NCBI GenBank assembly: GCA_965368975.1
Contig: CBDUPA010000021.1
Location: 1-64,000 of the forward strand
Direction: 5' to 3'
Source of the DNA: an uncultured bacterium
Lineage (GTDB): Bacteria; Acidobacteriota; Thermoanaerobaculia; Multivoradales; JAHZIX01
Length of the DNA stretch: 64,000 nt
This document shows positions 1 through 10,708 of this stretch, piece by piece. Every line of letters starts with the position of its first letter. The stretch's first letter is position 1. Below the pieces are notes generated by a model. The model saw only the letters and a list, made by a program, of their open reading frames with translations, made no database searches and was not told the origin of the DNA. A program made the position numbers and the translations under genes.

Positions 1-3000
1 CGCTGTAGCTGAGGTGCTGGCGTCCATGGACGAGGGCGATGCGCTCTCCGTTGCCGTGTTCCAAGGCCTGGGCCGCGACGCGGGCGGGGATCGAGTCGGG
101 ACGCTTGATGCTGACGGGTGCGGCGGCGACCGGGTTCCACTCGCGCAGCAGCTGGTGCCGCTCGGCCATACCGAGAAGGGGCAGGTCAGCCGCCGGCGTC
201 TCAGGTGCAACAACCGCGGCGCGTAGCAGACGCTCGAAGGATCGGGCCAGGCGTTGCACGGTGGTGACGTCGAAGAGCGCGGTGTCGTACTCCAGCACAC
301 CGTCGAGTCCGCCAGCGCCCGGAGCGTCCGGAGAGGTAGGCCGCAGCAGCAGGCTGAGGTCGAACTTGGAGGTACCGGTATCCGGCTCCCGAGGCCGCAG
401 CTCGACGACCTGCCGTCCGCATTCGCCGTCCCGCTCCAGACGCAGCGCCGGCATCGGAGCGTTCTGCAGCGCCAACAGGGCCTGGAACAGCGGCGTGTGG
501 GCGGTGTCGCGACGTGGAACCAGGGCCTCTACGAGTTTCTCGAACGGCACATCCTGGTGCGCGTAGGCGTCGAGCGTCCCGGCACGCGCCCGCCGCAGCA
601 GGGTGCGGAACGTCAGCCGCCCGCTGGCGTCCCCCCTCAGATCTCCCGTCAGGACCAGCGTGTTGACGAAGAGCCCGATCAAGCTCTCCGTTTCGGCCAC
701 TCGACGACCGGCCACCGGTGTCCCGACCTGGACGCGCGATTGCCCAGCGTGGCGGCCGAGCAGCACCTGGAACGCTGAGAGCAGGACCATGAAGAGGGTG
801 GCGCCTTCGCGGCGGGCGAGGGCCGTGACGTCGGCGGCGAGGGTGGCCGGTAGCTGCAGTGCGAGTGTTGCACCGTGCCCGCTGCGCGACGCCGGGCGCG
901 GACGGTCGGTCGGCAGGTCGAGGCGAGCGTCGGCGTCGAGGTGCTGGCGCCAGTAGTCGAGCTGCGCGTCCAGCACCCGGCCCCGTAGCCAGCGGCGCTG
1001 CCAGACGGCGAAGTCAGCATACTGGATCGGCAAGGGCGGCAAGGATTCACCCGCGTACAACGCCCGCAGTTCACGCAGCAGGATGCCGGTCGACCAGCCG
1101 TCGGCGACGGTGTGGTGGAAGGTCAGGAGAAGGACGGAAGACCCGCTCCCCAACACCAACACCCCCCGTACCAGCGGCCCCGTCGCCAAATCGAACGGTC
1201 GCCGACTCTCCTCCCGCACGATCTGCTCGACGACTCGCTCCTCCACGGACGACTCCCCCGCCTCCACGATCTCCAGCCGGAACGCGGCTTCCCCCACTGC
1301 CTGGTAAGGCCGCTCGACACCGTCCTCCCCCACTTCGACCGGGAAGTGCGTGCGCAAGACTTCGTGGCGTTGCACCAGCGCGGCCAGCGCGGTCTGGAGG
1401 GCCTCGACGTCTAGCCCCCCCGGCAACTCGCCCCGCAGCTCCACCGCGATCGGGATGTTGTAGGCCGGCGAGCCGGGATCGAGACGATCGAGCAACCACA
1501 GACGCTGCTGGGCGAAGGACAGGGGCGGCCGATCTCCAGCGAGGTCCCCAGCGAGACCGGGCAGCAGCGGCGGCAACTCGACGCTCCCTGCGGCGGACGA
1601 CTCGACGGACTGCTCGGCGACGGCGGCGGCTAGTTCCCCGACGCTGGGTGCTTCGAACAGCCGGCGCAGCGGTAGCTCGACACCGAAGGCGGCGCGCAGG
1701 CGCGACGTCACTTGGGTGGCGAGCAGGGAGTGACCACCGAGGGTGAAGAAGTCGTCTTGGCGCCGGAGGGTGGCGGCGTCGACGTCCAGGACTTGGGCGA
1801 AGATACCGGCGACGATCTGCTCGTGCGGGCTCAATTCGACGGCATCTCCAACCTCGGATGTCTCAGCCAGGCGCTGCGACGCTTCCGCCGCCAGGGCGCG
1901 CCGATCCGGCTTACCACCCGCTCCGGCGGCAGCCAGCCGGGGCAATGCTTCGACGCACCACAACGCCGACGGCACGGCTGCTTGCGGCAGGTGCTGGCGG
2001 AGGTAGGCGCGCAGCTCGTCTGGCTGCAAGTTCGATTGGCAGCTCGACTCGACGAAAGCGACCAGCTGGTCGGGATCGTTCACCCCGCGTCGTGCCACCA
2101 GGGCGACGGCGTCGCGAACCTGCGGGTGAGCCTGCAACTGCGCCTCGATCTCACCCAATTCCAGGCGTAGACCGCGCAGCTTGACCTGGTGGTCGAGGCG
2201 GCCGAGGAATTCGGGCTCGGCAGGGTTATCGGGGCCGAGGCGACGCCAGCGGACGAGGTCACCGGTGCGGTAGAGGCGAGCGCCGGAGACCGGATCCGGG
2301 ACAAACCGCTCCGCAGTCAAACCCGGACGCCCCAGGTAGCCACGCGCGACGCCGGGACCACCGATGCACAGCTCCCCCGGTACGCCCTCGGGCAGCGGCT
2401 CGACCATCGGCACCTCCATTCCGGCTGGACGCAGCACGTGAAGACGCAGGCCGGCGGCAGGGCTGCCAAGGGTTACGGGCACGTCAGCACTCAGGACGTG
2501 GGCGGCGGATGCGTTCGCGGTCGTCTCAGTGGGACCGTAGAGATTGACGATCTCGACCGCCGGCAGCAGCGTACGCGTGCGCCGCACCAGGTCGGGTGTG
2601 AGGGCTTCGCCGCCCAGCAGCAGGCGTCGCAAGCTGATCGGTGCCGGTCCGTCGCCCGCTTCGGCAGCCAGCAGCAAGGCGCGCCACACCGACGGCACGC
2701 TGTTGAACCCGGCAGCTCCCGGCACCGCCGCCAGAGCCGTCAGAGCTCGCGGCGGATCCTGCACCAGCTCGGACGGCCACAGGGCGACCGTGCCTCCCTC
2801 GACCAACGGCACGAAGAGCTGCTTCCAGGCGGCATCGAAGTTGAAGCGCGTGGTCGCCGGCAGCACGTCGATCCCGTCGAGCAGGGCGTCCGCGGCCCAT
2901 AGGACGTAGTCCGCCAGCGCACCGTGGTCTACAGCCACGCCCTTCGGGCGACCAGTGGAACCGGAAGTGTAGAGAACGTAGGCCAGGTGGTGGCGCTCCG

Positions 3001-6000
3001 GCTTCTGGGTAGGGGTACCCCCATGTGGGTACCCTGCGGGGTGGCGGGCAGATTCCGATCCGGTCGCCCTGACCACCGGCATCTCGACATCCAGCGCGGC
3101 CAGGACTTCCCCGGCTTCGCCTACCGTCACCAGCACCACCGGTGCCGCGTCCGCCAGCACGTGGCGCAGGCGCTCCGGCGGGTCGGTCGGGTCGAGCGGC
3201 AGGAAGGCAGCGCCGGTGCGCCAAACACCCAGGATTGCCGCCAGCGCCGCCGGCACTCGCGACGCCAGCACGGCCACCAGCGTCTCGGGACCGGCGCCGT
3301 GGGCGCGCAGGCGCTCGCTCAGCTCGGCTGTACGAGCGTCCAGTTCGGCGTAGGTCAGGCGCTCTTCGGAACCTTCCAGGACCACCGCCAGCGCCTCGGG
3401 CGCGCGCCGGATCTGCGCCGCGATCCAGGCCGGAACGGTGACGGCTTCCGGCAACGTATCCAGCACGTCTGCGTGCTGGCGGCGCGCGGCGCCCCAGCTC
3501 AGCACCTCGACGCGCTCGGCGTCGCTGAGCATGGGCAATGTCGACAAGCGGGCTCGCGGCGAGGCCAGCGCGGCGGTCAGCAGGCGCTCGAAGTAGCGGG
3601 CCCAGCGTTCGGCGGTGGTGCGCTCGAAGAGGTCGGTGGCGTAGCCAAGGATTCCTTCGATCCCTGCCTTTGCCTCACCCGGACCGGACCTCTGCCACAG
3701 CGACAGCGTCAGGTCGAACTTCTGCGTCACCGTTTCCGACGCGCTCGCCTCGACCTCGAGGCCCGGCAGGTCCGGCGCTACGAAGGGCGCGTTGTTGAAC
3801 GCCAGCATCACCTGGAAGAGCGGTGTTCGGCCGAGATCGGCCGCCGCCGCGACCTCGTGTACCAGCTGCTCGAAGGGCACGCTCTGGTGCGCGAAGGCCC
3901 CCAACGCCGTCACGCGAACCTGGTCGAGCAGATCGGCGAAAGTCGGGTCGTGCCGCAGGTCGGCGCGCAGCACCAGGGTGTTGACGAAGAAGCCGATCAG
4001 GGGCTCGGTGTCCGGGTGGACACGACCGGCCGTCGGAATACCGATCGCGACATCCGCCTGGTTGGCCAGGCGTGCGAGCAGGACCTGGAAGACCGCGCTG
4101 AGAGTCATGAAGAGGGTGGCCCCCCCTGGAGACGCAGCCCCTCCCAGCGCATCGACCGACTCGGCGTTCAGACGGACGGCCACGGCGTCGCCGCGATAGC
4201 TGGGGGTTGCGGGGCGCGGGCGATCCGTGGGCAAGGCCAGCATCTCGACGCCGTCGAGCCGCCGTCGCCACCAGGCCAGGTCGGCCGCCACCGCTTCCGA
4301 AGTCTGCACGTGGTCCAACTGCCAGGCGGCGAAATCCGCGTACTGGATGGGTAGGGGCGGCAACGTCTCGCCACGGTAGAAAGTGCCGAGCTCTCGCGCC
4401 AGCACGCCGAGGGACCAGCCGTCACCCGCGATGTGGTGGAGGGTGAGGAGCAGGTCGGCACGCGTCTCCGCGGAAAAGCTCCTCACCACCAGCAGCCAGC
4501 GCACGACGGGCCCCGCTTCCAGGTCGAAGCCCCGCAGCGCCTCGGCTCGCGCCAGCCGCTCGGCTTCCGGCTCCTGCTCTGCCGGCGGCAGGCGGCCCAG
4601 ATCCACGACCGGCAACCTCACCTCGACCTGCGGCACGATGCACTGCCACGGTTCGCCGTCATCGCCGACCGGGTAGACGGTGCGCAGGACTTCGTGGCGC
4701 TCGACGAGGGTGCGCAGTGCCCGCGCCAGCTGCTCGACGTCCAACGCTCCGCCCCTTGTGCCACTCAACCTCAGGCGGCCGGGCACGTTGTAGGCCGGGT
4801 TTCCCTGCCGTGCGTCTGGCTGCAGACGGTCGAACAGCCACAGCCGGTACTGCTGCGGCGACAAGCGGAGCGGAGCGGCGCGCGGCACGGGTTCGATGTG
4901 CGCGGCAGCGCTGGAAGAGGTGGCGCTGGAAGACGTGTCCGGCGACAGACGCTCGACAGCCGTGACCAGTTCGGCCAGCGTCTGGGCTTCGAAGGGCAGC
5001 GTCAAGGGGGCTTCGACACCCAGCTCGCTACGCAGGCGCGCGGTCAAGCGGGCGGCGGCCAGGGAGTGGCCACCGCGGGCAAAGAAGTTGTCTTCCAGGT
5101 AGATGCCATCGGCGTCGAGATCCAAGATGTCCGCCCACAGCGTGGCTAGCTTCTGCTCCGTGGCGGTTGAAGCTGGTGTGCCCGCCCCGCCGGAGGCCAT
5201 GGCGCCCTCTAGCTGCCCATCTAGCTTCTCGGCTAGTTGCTCAAAGAGGACGCGACGGTCGATCTTGCCGTTCGGCGTGTGCGGCAACTCGGCCAGCTCG
5301 ACGATCAGCGTCGGCACCATGTAGGCGGGCAGGCGCTGTGCGAGGTGAGCTCGCACGTCGTCCCGGCTGTCCAGTGCATCGCTGGTGACCGCGACGGCGG
5401 CGACGAGCCGAGCTTCGGCCGTGCCTTGCTGCACCAGCACCGCCGCTTCCTGCACGCGCGGATGCGCCACCAGGCAGGCTTCGATCTCGCCCAGCTCGAT
5501 GCGGAAGCCGCGTAACTTGACCTGGTGATCGAGGCGGCCGAGAAACTCGAGCTCTCCGTCGCGACGCCAGCGGGCGAGGTCACCGGTACGGTAGGTCCGG
5601 CTACCGGGCGCATAGGCGTCATTGGGATGGGCATCCGGACGCCCTTCGGGACGAAAGCGCTCCGCCGTCAGCGCAGGCCGCCCGAGGTAGCCACGCGCCA
5701 GACCGGCACCGGCGAGCACCAGCTCTCCCGGTACTCCGAGTGGCTGCGGTTCGTGCAGCGCGGAGTCCGCGCGACCGAGCACGTAGGCGCGCGTGCCATC
5801 GATCGGCCGGCCGATGGTCGGCGGCTCGTTCCGCGCTTCGGGTCGTGGCACGCGCGTCCAGGTCGAGTAGGTGGTGTCTTCGGACGGTCCATAGAGGTTG
5901 TAGACCGCCGCGACCCGCGGCTTAGCATAGAGCCCCTGGGCCAGGGCCGCGGTCAGGGGCTCGCCCGCCAGGTTGATAGTCACTGGTGGCCCCTCGTCGC

Positions 6001-9000
6001 AGAAGGCAGCCAAGCGCAGCAGCTCCGTCATTGCTGACGGCACGGTGTTGACCAGGGTCAGCTGACGGCGCTGGTCCTCGGGGAGCGTCGCCAGCGCCAG
6101 CGCGTTCGGCAGCAACAACACGCGGCCGCCGGTGGTCAGGGGCAGGAAGATCTCGAAGACCGAGAGGTCGAAGCACACGGACGTCACGGCGGCGACGGTG
6201 CGCAGCACGGACGGCGGGAAGACTCCGCGCGCCCAGTCGAGCAGCGCGAGCGCCGAACGATGCTCGATCGCCACGCCCTTGGGCCGGCCGGTGGAACCGG
6301 AGGTGTAGATGAGGTAAGCGAGGTGCCCGGCGAAGCGGCTGGAGACTCCTGGCTTCTTTCCGAAAGAAGCGCCGCCAGCGCGTTCCTCCTTCATGGCGTC
6401 CAGCTCGACGACTGTAATCCCCGCTGGCGCGACCGGCAGCCCTTCAGGCACGACATCGACCGGCAGCCTCTGCCGCAGCGCGCGGGTGGTGACCAGCAAG
6501 GGCGCCCCGGCGTCGCGCAGGGTGAAGGCGAGGCGGTCGGCGGGATAGGCGGGATCGAGCGGCAGGTAGGCGGCACCGGCGTCGAGAACGGCGAGCAGAA
6601 CGGCCAGCAACTCGGAACCGCGCGGCAGCAGCACGCCCACCACGACTTCAGGCCCGGCACCGAGGGCGCGCAGGTGCTCGGCTCGGCACTGAACGTCCTC
6701 GGCCAGCTGCGCGTAGGTGCGTGTCTGCACCTGACCCTGCGCGTCGACACTGCACACGGCTTCAGCGTTTGGGGTGCGCGCGGCGGCGGCAAAGAAACGG
6801 GTGGCGAGGTCGTCTAGGGGCTGGGAGTCCGGCGTGGAGAGGCACGGCAGGCACGGTGCGGACGCGTACTCGACACACAGCTGCTGGCGCTCGGCGGGGC
6901 TCAACCAGGGCAGGGCTTCGACAGGGCGATCCGGCAACGCCACCGCGGCCGCCAGGAAACGAGCGAGGCTGTGCAGCCAGCGCTGGGCGGTGGTGGCGTC
7001 GAAAAGGGCGGCGGCGTATTGCAGGGACAGCAGGAGCGAACCGTCCGCCGTCGCGGTGCCACTCAGCTCAGCGGCGCGCAGCGTCAGGTCGAACTGCGAC
7101 CAGCGCTCCGGCAACTCGACGCTCTCCAGCCGCAGACCGGCCACGCGCAGCTGGGCTCCCGGCCAGCCGAGTGCGAAGGCGCCGAGCGGTGCTTCCTCCG
7201 GCCGCGGCGCACGCTGCACGACCAGCATGGCCTGAAAGACGGGTGAGCGGCTGGCGTCGCGCCGGGGTTGCAGACGCTCGGCCAGGCGCGGGAAGGGTAG
7301 GCCGGTGTGGGCAAAGGCGTCGAGCACACGGCGACGGCTGGCTACCAGCAGGTCGGTGAAGGTAGCGTCGGGCGTCACTGTGGCACGCAGCACGAGCGGG
7401 TCGACGCAATAGCCGACCACGCCCGCCAGGTCCACCGAGTCGCGCCCCGCCCACGGCGTCCCCACGAGCACGTCGCGCTGCCCGCTCAGCCGCGCCAGCC
7501 AAGCTTGGTAGAGCGCCAGCAGGGCCTGGAAGCGGGTAGCACCCCCTCCGGATGGCTCTCCGGAGGAGGTCGAGCGAGCGAGCTGATCGAGCGACGCCAG
7601 TAGCTCACGGTCCACCACCCGGCTCACCGCGCCGCCATGGAAATCCTGGCGCGCTGGTCGAGGCCGGTCGGCAGGCAGATCGAGGGCCAGTGGTGCCTGT
7701 GCCAATTCGTGCTGCCAGAAAGTCCACAGGTGTTCTTCTTCGACCTGCAGACGCACCTGCTGCCGTGCAACGAAATGCTGGTAGTCGCCCGTCCCTGTAT
7801 CGATTGGCGGTGCACCTGGCGGTGCACTAGAAGGTGCATCCGCTGGCACTACATCAGCTGGCACTGGGTCCTGCTCGGACAGCAACGCGCCCAGCTCGCG
7901 CAGCAGGACCCCGAGCGACCAGAAGTCCGCGACGATGTGGTGCACCACTACTAGCAGGACGGGCGGCGGCGCGGGCTGTACCCCGGGCGGATCACTGCGC
8001 TTGCCGGCTGCGGAGCGCTCGAACCAGCGCACACGCAACAGCGGTCCGGTGTGCAGGGAGAAGGGAGCCCAGGCCGCGGCGTCCAGCTGCTGCCGTAGGG
8101 CTTCGTCGTCGGCCACCGGCACGACCCGCCAATCGCAGGTAGCGTCGAGCGACGCTGGACCGTCGTGGCGTCGCAGGCGCGGCTCGCCCCCGTCGGCGTC
8201 GAAGGTGCTGCGCAGCGCGTCGTGGCGCGCAACCATAGTGTGCAAGGCGGCGCGCAGTCGGGTAGGCGACACGTGGTCACCGAGCACGTGCGCCGCGACG
8301 GCAATGTTGTAGGCACCACTGTCCGGTGCCAGGCGGTGCAGGAACCACAGGGCGCGCTGGCCGTCCGACAGCTGGAGCCCCTCCCCCTGTTCCGCCGGTA
8401 CCTGCGGCGGTGACTCCGAGGTGGGCGAGGCCAGGCGTGTCGCTAGCCCGGCCAGCGTCACCCCTTCGAGCAGCGCGGCCAGGTCGAGCCGCGTCTCCAG
8501 ATCGCTCTCGACGCGGTGCTGCAGCTCGACGGCGGCGAGGGAGTCGAGGCCGAGGCGCGGCAACGGCGCGTCGAGCGGCACCTGCTCGACGGCGAGGCCA
8601 CAAGCGCGCGCCGCCACGTGCCGCAGGTAGGTTTCCAGCAGTCGACGGCGGGCCGGAGCGTCGAGACCCTGCAGGGCTGCCCGATTCAGCGTCTCCCAGC
8701 TGACGGCCTCTGTATCGGCGTCATGGTCCGCGTCACGTTCCCTGGCTTCCCTGGCTTCCGGGAGCGAGGCTCTCCGTCCGCTGCGCGCGACGACGGTCAG
8801 TGTGTCGTCCAGGTAGGCTTGACGCGCGGCGTGGCGCTGGATCTTGCCGCTGGTGGTCTTGGGCAGGGTGCCGGCACGCAGCAACACGACCTCGTGCACT
8901 GCCAGCTCGTGCGCCTCGGATACCGCCTGGTGCACCGCTTCCAGCGCGCCGTCGGCCTCGTCCTCGCGACGCCGTTCGAGCTCCTGCACCACCACCAGCC

Positions 9001-10606
9001 GCTCTTCGCCGCCGGCCTCGACCGCGAAAGCGGCGCCGCAGCCGGCACGCACGGCTGGGTGCGCATCGTCGAGGGTCAATTCGATGTCCTGCGGGTAGTA
9101 GTTGCGGCCGCGCAGGATGATCAGGTCTTTCAGACGGCCGGTCACGAACAACGAGCCATCCCGCAGAAAGCCGAGATCGCCCGTCCGCAGGTAGCGCCGC
9201 GTCACCTCCTCGCCCTCGATCACGGCCTGAAAGTCGCGGCGCGTGCGCTCCTCATTGCCCCAGTACCCTTGCGCGACGCTCGGTCCGTGGACCCAGATCT
9301 CACCGACGCGGCCGGCGCCGGCGCGGCCGTGAGGAACGCGCTGGTGCGTCTCGGGGTCGACGATGGCGATGTCGAGCGCAGCGACACCAGGCGCCGACCA
9401 GCTGCCACCGGAGGCGACCAGCTGCCGGCTCGCGGTCGAAGATGCGTCTTCGCTCTGCAGCTCGCGCGCTTCGTGGCGGCCGAGCGCCGCGTCGTCGAAG
9501 CTCGCGATCACCGCACCCTGACCACCAGTTCCCCGCGCCGGCACACCGCCAGTGACGAACAGCGTAGTCTCGGCCAGGCCGTAGCAGGGGAAGAAGGCCT
9601 TGGCGTCGAAGCCGCAAGGCTCGAAGACCTCGGCGAAACGTCGCAGGGTCGACGCACGGATCGGCTCGGAACCGTTGAAGGCGACGGTCCAGCGCGACAG
9701 GTCGAGGCCGTCGAGGTCTTCCGGCGTGGCGCGCCGGGCCGCCAGCTCGTAGGCGAAGTTGGGACCACCGGACGTCGTGTCGAGGCCCAGCCGGCAGCCC
9801 CAGTCGCTGATCGCGCGCAGCCAGCGCAGCGGTTTCTGCAGGAAGGACATCGGCGCCATCAGCACGCAGGTGGTGCCGAGGAAGAGCGGCTGCAGGATAC
9901 CGCCGATCAGGCCCATGTCGTGGTAGAGCGGCAGCCAGCTCACCACGCGCGTCGCGTCATCGTGGCCGAAGGCGGTGCGGATCAGCGTCTCGTTGTGGAT
10001 CAGGTTGCCGTGACTGACCATCACCCCCTTGGGCAGCGAGGTCGAGCCGGAGGTGTACTGTAGGAAGGCGAGATCGTCGCCACGCAGATCGGGGTGTGTC
10101 CAGGCTCTGGCAGCGGCGTCTGCCTCGGCGCCGGCCAGCCAGCCGCCGTCGGTCGACCACCACTGCAGGTGCGACGCTTCTGGTACGTGGCGCGCCAGCA
10201 CGTCGACACGGCGGGCGATGCTGTCGACGGTCAGTGCCAGCGTGGGGCGGGCGTCACGCAGGATCGAGCGCAAGCGCGGCTGCGGCCGGTTGAAGCGCGG
10301 CGGGTAGGCCGGCACCGCCACCGCGCCGGCGTAGAAGCACGCCAGGTAGGCGCGGATGAAGTCGAGGCCGGGTGGGTAGACCAGCAGGACGCGCTCGGGT
10401 CCGTCGTCGCGACCGCGCAGGTGGCCCATGCTGCCGTACAGATGCCTTCGCAGACGCTCGCCGAGAGCTCGCGCGTCGCGGTCCAGCTGGCCGAAGGTGA
10501 GTCGCTCGCCGACGCGATCTCCGTCGGCGAGGAAGACGTAGGCCTCACGCTGCGCTGAGGTTTCGGCCCGCGCCCGCAGGACGTCGAGCAAGGTGGCAAA
10601 CGGCAT
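1..10606 (-). CDS. Multimodular NRPS with FAAL-ACP starter (lipopeptide synthetase), 3'-partial, at least 3535 aa: FAAL-ACP-C-A-PCP-C-A-PCP-C-A(partial)
   Basis: Translated by hand. ATG 10606 follows GGGAG (alternative ATG 10618); the start and the window-end A domain share one frame and the track lists no NRPS-like stopped ORF here. FAAL: AFLQYTSGSTSLPKGVMVSHGNL, WLPLYHDMGLIG, TTSGKIQR. ACP: LGLDSLAA (~8540). C1: HHIVADFWS (~7930). A1: YTSGSTGRPKG (~6290). PCP: FFARGGHSLAA (~5070). C2: HHIAGDGWS (~4425). A2: YTSGSTGRPKG (~2955). PCP: FFTLGGHSLLA (~1735). C3: HHTVADGWS (~1105). A third A domain (IALVHGRQHLSYS) runs off the window. Confidence 0.95.
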   Translation of the reverse strand, partial: MPFATLLDVLRARAETSAQREAYVFLADGDRVGERLTFGQLDRDARALGERLRRHLYGSMGHLRGRDDGPERVLLVYPPGLDFIRAYLACFYAGAVAVPAYPPRFNRPQPRLRSILRDARPTLALTVDSIARRVDVLARHVPEASHLQWWSTDGGWLAGAEADAAARAWTHPDLRGDDLAFLQYTSGSTSLPKGVMVSHGNLIHNETLIRTAFGHDDATRVVSWLPLYHDMGLIGGILQPLFLGTTCVLMAPMSFLQKPLRWLRAISDWGCRLGLDTTSGGPNFAYELAARRATPEDLDGLDLSRWTVAFNGSEPIRASTLRRFAEVFEPCGFDAKAFFPCYGLAETTLFVTGGVPARGTGGQGAVIASFDDAALGRHEARELQSEDASSTASRQLVASGGSWSAPGVAALDIAIVDPETHQRVPHGRAGAGRVGEIWVHGPSVAQGYWGNEERTRRDFQAVIEGEEVTRRYLRTGDLGFLRDGSLFVTGRLKDLIILRGRNYYPQDIELTLDDAHPAVRAGCGAAFAVEAGGEERLVVVQELERRREDEADGALEAVHQAVSEAHELAVHEVVLLRAGTLPKTTSGKIQRHAARQAYLDDTLTVVARSGRRASLPEAREARERDADHDADTEAVSWETLNRAALQGLDAPARRRLLETYLRHVAARACGLAVEQVPLDAPLPRLGLDSLAAVELQHRVESDLETRLDLAALLEGVTLAGLATRLASPTSESPPQVPAEQGEGLQLSDGQRALWFLHRLAPDSGAYNIAVAAHVLGDHVSPTRLRAALHTMVARHDALRSTFDADGGEPRLRRHDGPASLDATCDWRVVPVADDEALRQQLDAAAWAPFSLHTGPLLRVRWFERSAAGKRSDPPGVQPAPPPVLLVVVHHIVADFWSLGVLLRELGALLSEQDPVPADVVPADAPSSAPPGAPPIDTGTGDYQHFVARQQVRLQVEEEHLWTFWQHELAQAPLALDLPADRPRPARQDFHGGAVSRVVDRELLASLDQLARSTSSGEPSGGGATRFQALLALYQAWLARLSGQRDVLVGTPWAGRDSVDLAGVVGYCVDPLVLRATVTPDATFTDLLVASRRRVLDAFAHTGLPFPRLAERLQPRRDASRSPVFQAMLVVQRAPRPEEAPLGAFALGWPGAQLRVAGLRLESVELPERWSQFDLTLRAAELSGTATADGSLLLSLQYAAALFDATTAQRWLHSLARFLAAAVALPDRPVEALPWLSPAERQQLCVEYASAPCLPCLSTPDSQPLDDLATRFFAAAARTPNAEAVCSVDAQGQVQTRTYAQLAEDVQCRAEHLRALGAGPEVVVGVLLPRGSELLAVLLAVLDAGAAYLPLDPAYPADRLAFTLRDAGAPLLVTTRALRQRLPVDVVPEGLPVAPAGITVVELDAMKEERAGGASFGKKPGVSSRFAGHLAYLIYTSGSTGRPKGVAIEHRSALALLDWARGVFPPSVLRTVAAVTSVCFDLSVFEIFLPLTTGGRVLLLPNALALATLPEDQRRQLTLVNTVPSAMTELLRLAAFCDEGPPVTINLAGEPLTAALAQGLYAKPRVAAVYNLYGPSEDTTYSTWTRVPRPEARNEPPTIGRPIDGTRAYVLGRADSALHEPQPLGVPGELVLAGAGLARGYLGRPALTAERFRPEGRPDAHPNDAYAPGSRTYRTGDLARWRRDGELEFLGRLDHQVKLRGFRIELGEIEACLVAHPRVQEAAVLVQQGTAEARLVAAVAVTSDALDSRDDVRAHLAQRLPAYMVPTLIVELAELPHTPNGKIDRRVLFEQLAEKLDGQLEGAMASGGAGTPASTATEQKLATLWADILDLDADGIYLEDNFFARGGHSLAAARLTARLRSELGVEAPLTLPFEAQTLAELVTAVERLSPDTSSSATSSSAAAHIEPVPRAAPLRLSPQQYRLWLFDRLQPDARQGNPAYNVPGRLRLSGTRGGALDVEQLARALRTLVERHEVLRTVYPVGDDGEPWQCIVPQVEVRLPVVDLGRLPPAEQEPEAERLARAEALRGFDLEAGPVVRWLLVVRSFSAETRADLLLTLHHIAGDGWSLGVLARELGTFYRGETLPPLPIQYADFAAWQLDHVQTSEAVAADLAWWRRRLDGVEMLALPTDRPRPATPSYRGDAVAVRLNAESVDALGGAASPGGATLFMTLSAVFQVLLARLANQADVAIGIPTAGRVHPDTEPLIGFFVNTLVLRADLRHDPTFADLLDQVRVTALGAFAHQSVPFEQLVHEVAAAADLGRTPLFQVMLAFNNAPFVAPDLPGLEVEASASETVTQKFDLTLSLWQRSGPGEAKAGIEGILGYATDLFERTTAERWARYFERLLTAALASPRARLSTLPMLSDAERVEVLSWGAARRQHADVLDTLPEAVTVPAWIAAQIRRAPEALAVVLEGSEERLTYAELDARTAELSERLRAHGAGPETLVAVLASRVPAALAAILGVWRTGAAFLPLDPTDPPERLRHVLADAAPVVLVTVGEAGEVLAALDVEMPVVRATGSESARHPAGYPHGGTPTQKPERHHLAYVLYTSGSTGRPKGVAVDHGALADYVLWAADALLDGIDVLPATTRFNFDAAWKQLFVPLVEGGTVALWPSELVQDPPRALTALAAVPGAAGFNSVPSVWRALLLAAEAGDGPAPISLRRLLLGGEALTPDLVRRTRTLLPAVEIVNLYGPTETTANASAAHVLSADVPVTLGSPAAGLRLHVLRPAGMEVPMVEPLPEGVPGELCIGGPGVARGYLGRPGLTAERFVPDPVSGARLYRTGDLVRWRRLGPDNPAEPEFLGRLDHQVKLRGLRLELGEIEAQLQAHPQVRDAVALVARRGVNDPDQLVAFVESSCQSNLQPDELRAYLRQHLPQAAVPSALWCVEALPRLAAAGAGGKPDRRALAAEASQRLAETSEVGDAVELSPHEQIVAGIFAQVLDVDAATLRRQDDFFTLGGHSLLATQVTSRLRAAFGVELPLRRLFEAPSVGELAAAVAEQSVESSAAGSVELPPLLPGLAGDLAGDRPPLSFAQQRLWLLDRLDPGSPAYNIPIAVELRGELPGGLDVEALQTALAALVQRHEVLRTHFPVEVGEDGVERPYQAVGEAAFRLEIVEAGESSVEERVVEQIVREESRRPFDLATGPLVRGVLVLGSGSSVLLLTFHHTVADGWSTGILLRELRALYAGESLPPLPIQYADFAVWQRRWLRGRVLDAQLDYWRQHLDADARLDLPTDRPRPASRSGHGATLALQLPATLAADVTALARREGATLFMVLLSAFQVLLGRHAGQSRVQVGTPVAGRRVAETESLIGLFVNTLVLTGDLRGDASGRLTFRTLLRRARAGTLDAYAHQDVPFEKLVEALVPRRDTAHTPLFQALLALQNAPMPALRLERDGECGRQVVELRPREPDTGTSKFDLSLLLRPTSPDAPGAGGLDGVLEYDTALFDVTTVQRLARSFERLLRAAVVAPETPAADLPLLGMAERHQLLREWNPVAAAPVSIKRPDSIPARVAAQALEHGNGERIALVHGRQHLSYS

Positions 10607-10708
10607 AGACGCTCCCATGGAACGAGAAGAGATGCGGCACGCGACCGGCGGCGCGCAGCGTGCCGCGAGTATGCCGGAGGCGGCGGCAAATCCCAAACCC
10701 GAAGAACA

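Noticed and set aside
14-10558. Many plus-strand ORFs, such as 2924..4354 and 8516..10063
   Set aside because: Antisense shadows of the high-GC NRPS frame with no recognisable motifs.
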